DNA from: the human T2T-CHM13v2.0 reference genome, Homo sapiens
Reading direction: 5' to 3' (one strand)
DNA: 64,000 nucleotides
Assembly (NCBI RefSeq): GCF_009914755.1
Contig: NC_060935.1
Under the pieces are notes generated by a model. It was not told the DNA's origin. It made no database searches and saw only the letters and a list, made by a program, of their open reading frames with translations. Shown piece by piece: positions 62,060 through 64,000 of the stretch (positions are counted from its first letter, which is position 1; each line of letters starts with the position of its first letter). The position numbers and the translations under genes are program-made.

Positions 62060-64000
<1,941 letters not shown>

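Overview
Human (primate) genomic DNA holding the 5' part of SLC35F2 on the minus strand. Three coding exons (47788-47897, 4941-5116, 818-945) splice in phase into the first 138 codons ([10 protein letters not shown]...TTLTSVQ); the gene continues beyond the left edge. Exon 1 lies in a CpG-island promoter, intron 1 is about 42.7 kb, and about 16 kb of upstream sequence follows. The rest is mostly repeats: a very dense Alu population (many nested), L1/L2/MIR relics, MaLR LTRs, DNA-transposon relics and one well-preserved sense-oriented ERV1-class solo LTR. Nearly all ORFs in the supplied track are Alu or low-complexity artefacts. The most unusual structure is at 45.8-46.6 kb: a repeat-spacer-like array of 8 MIR-core copies separated by purine-rich spacers, grown out of an Alu tail/TSD. 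On the pre-mRNA strand it reads as tandem 3' splice-site-like motifs. I found no convincing new protein-coding or RNA-guided system. Repeat boundaries and subfamily names are by eye and approximate.
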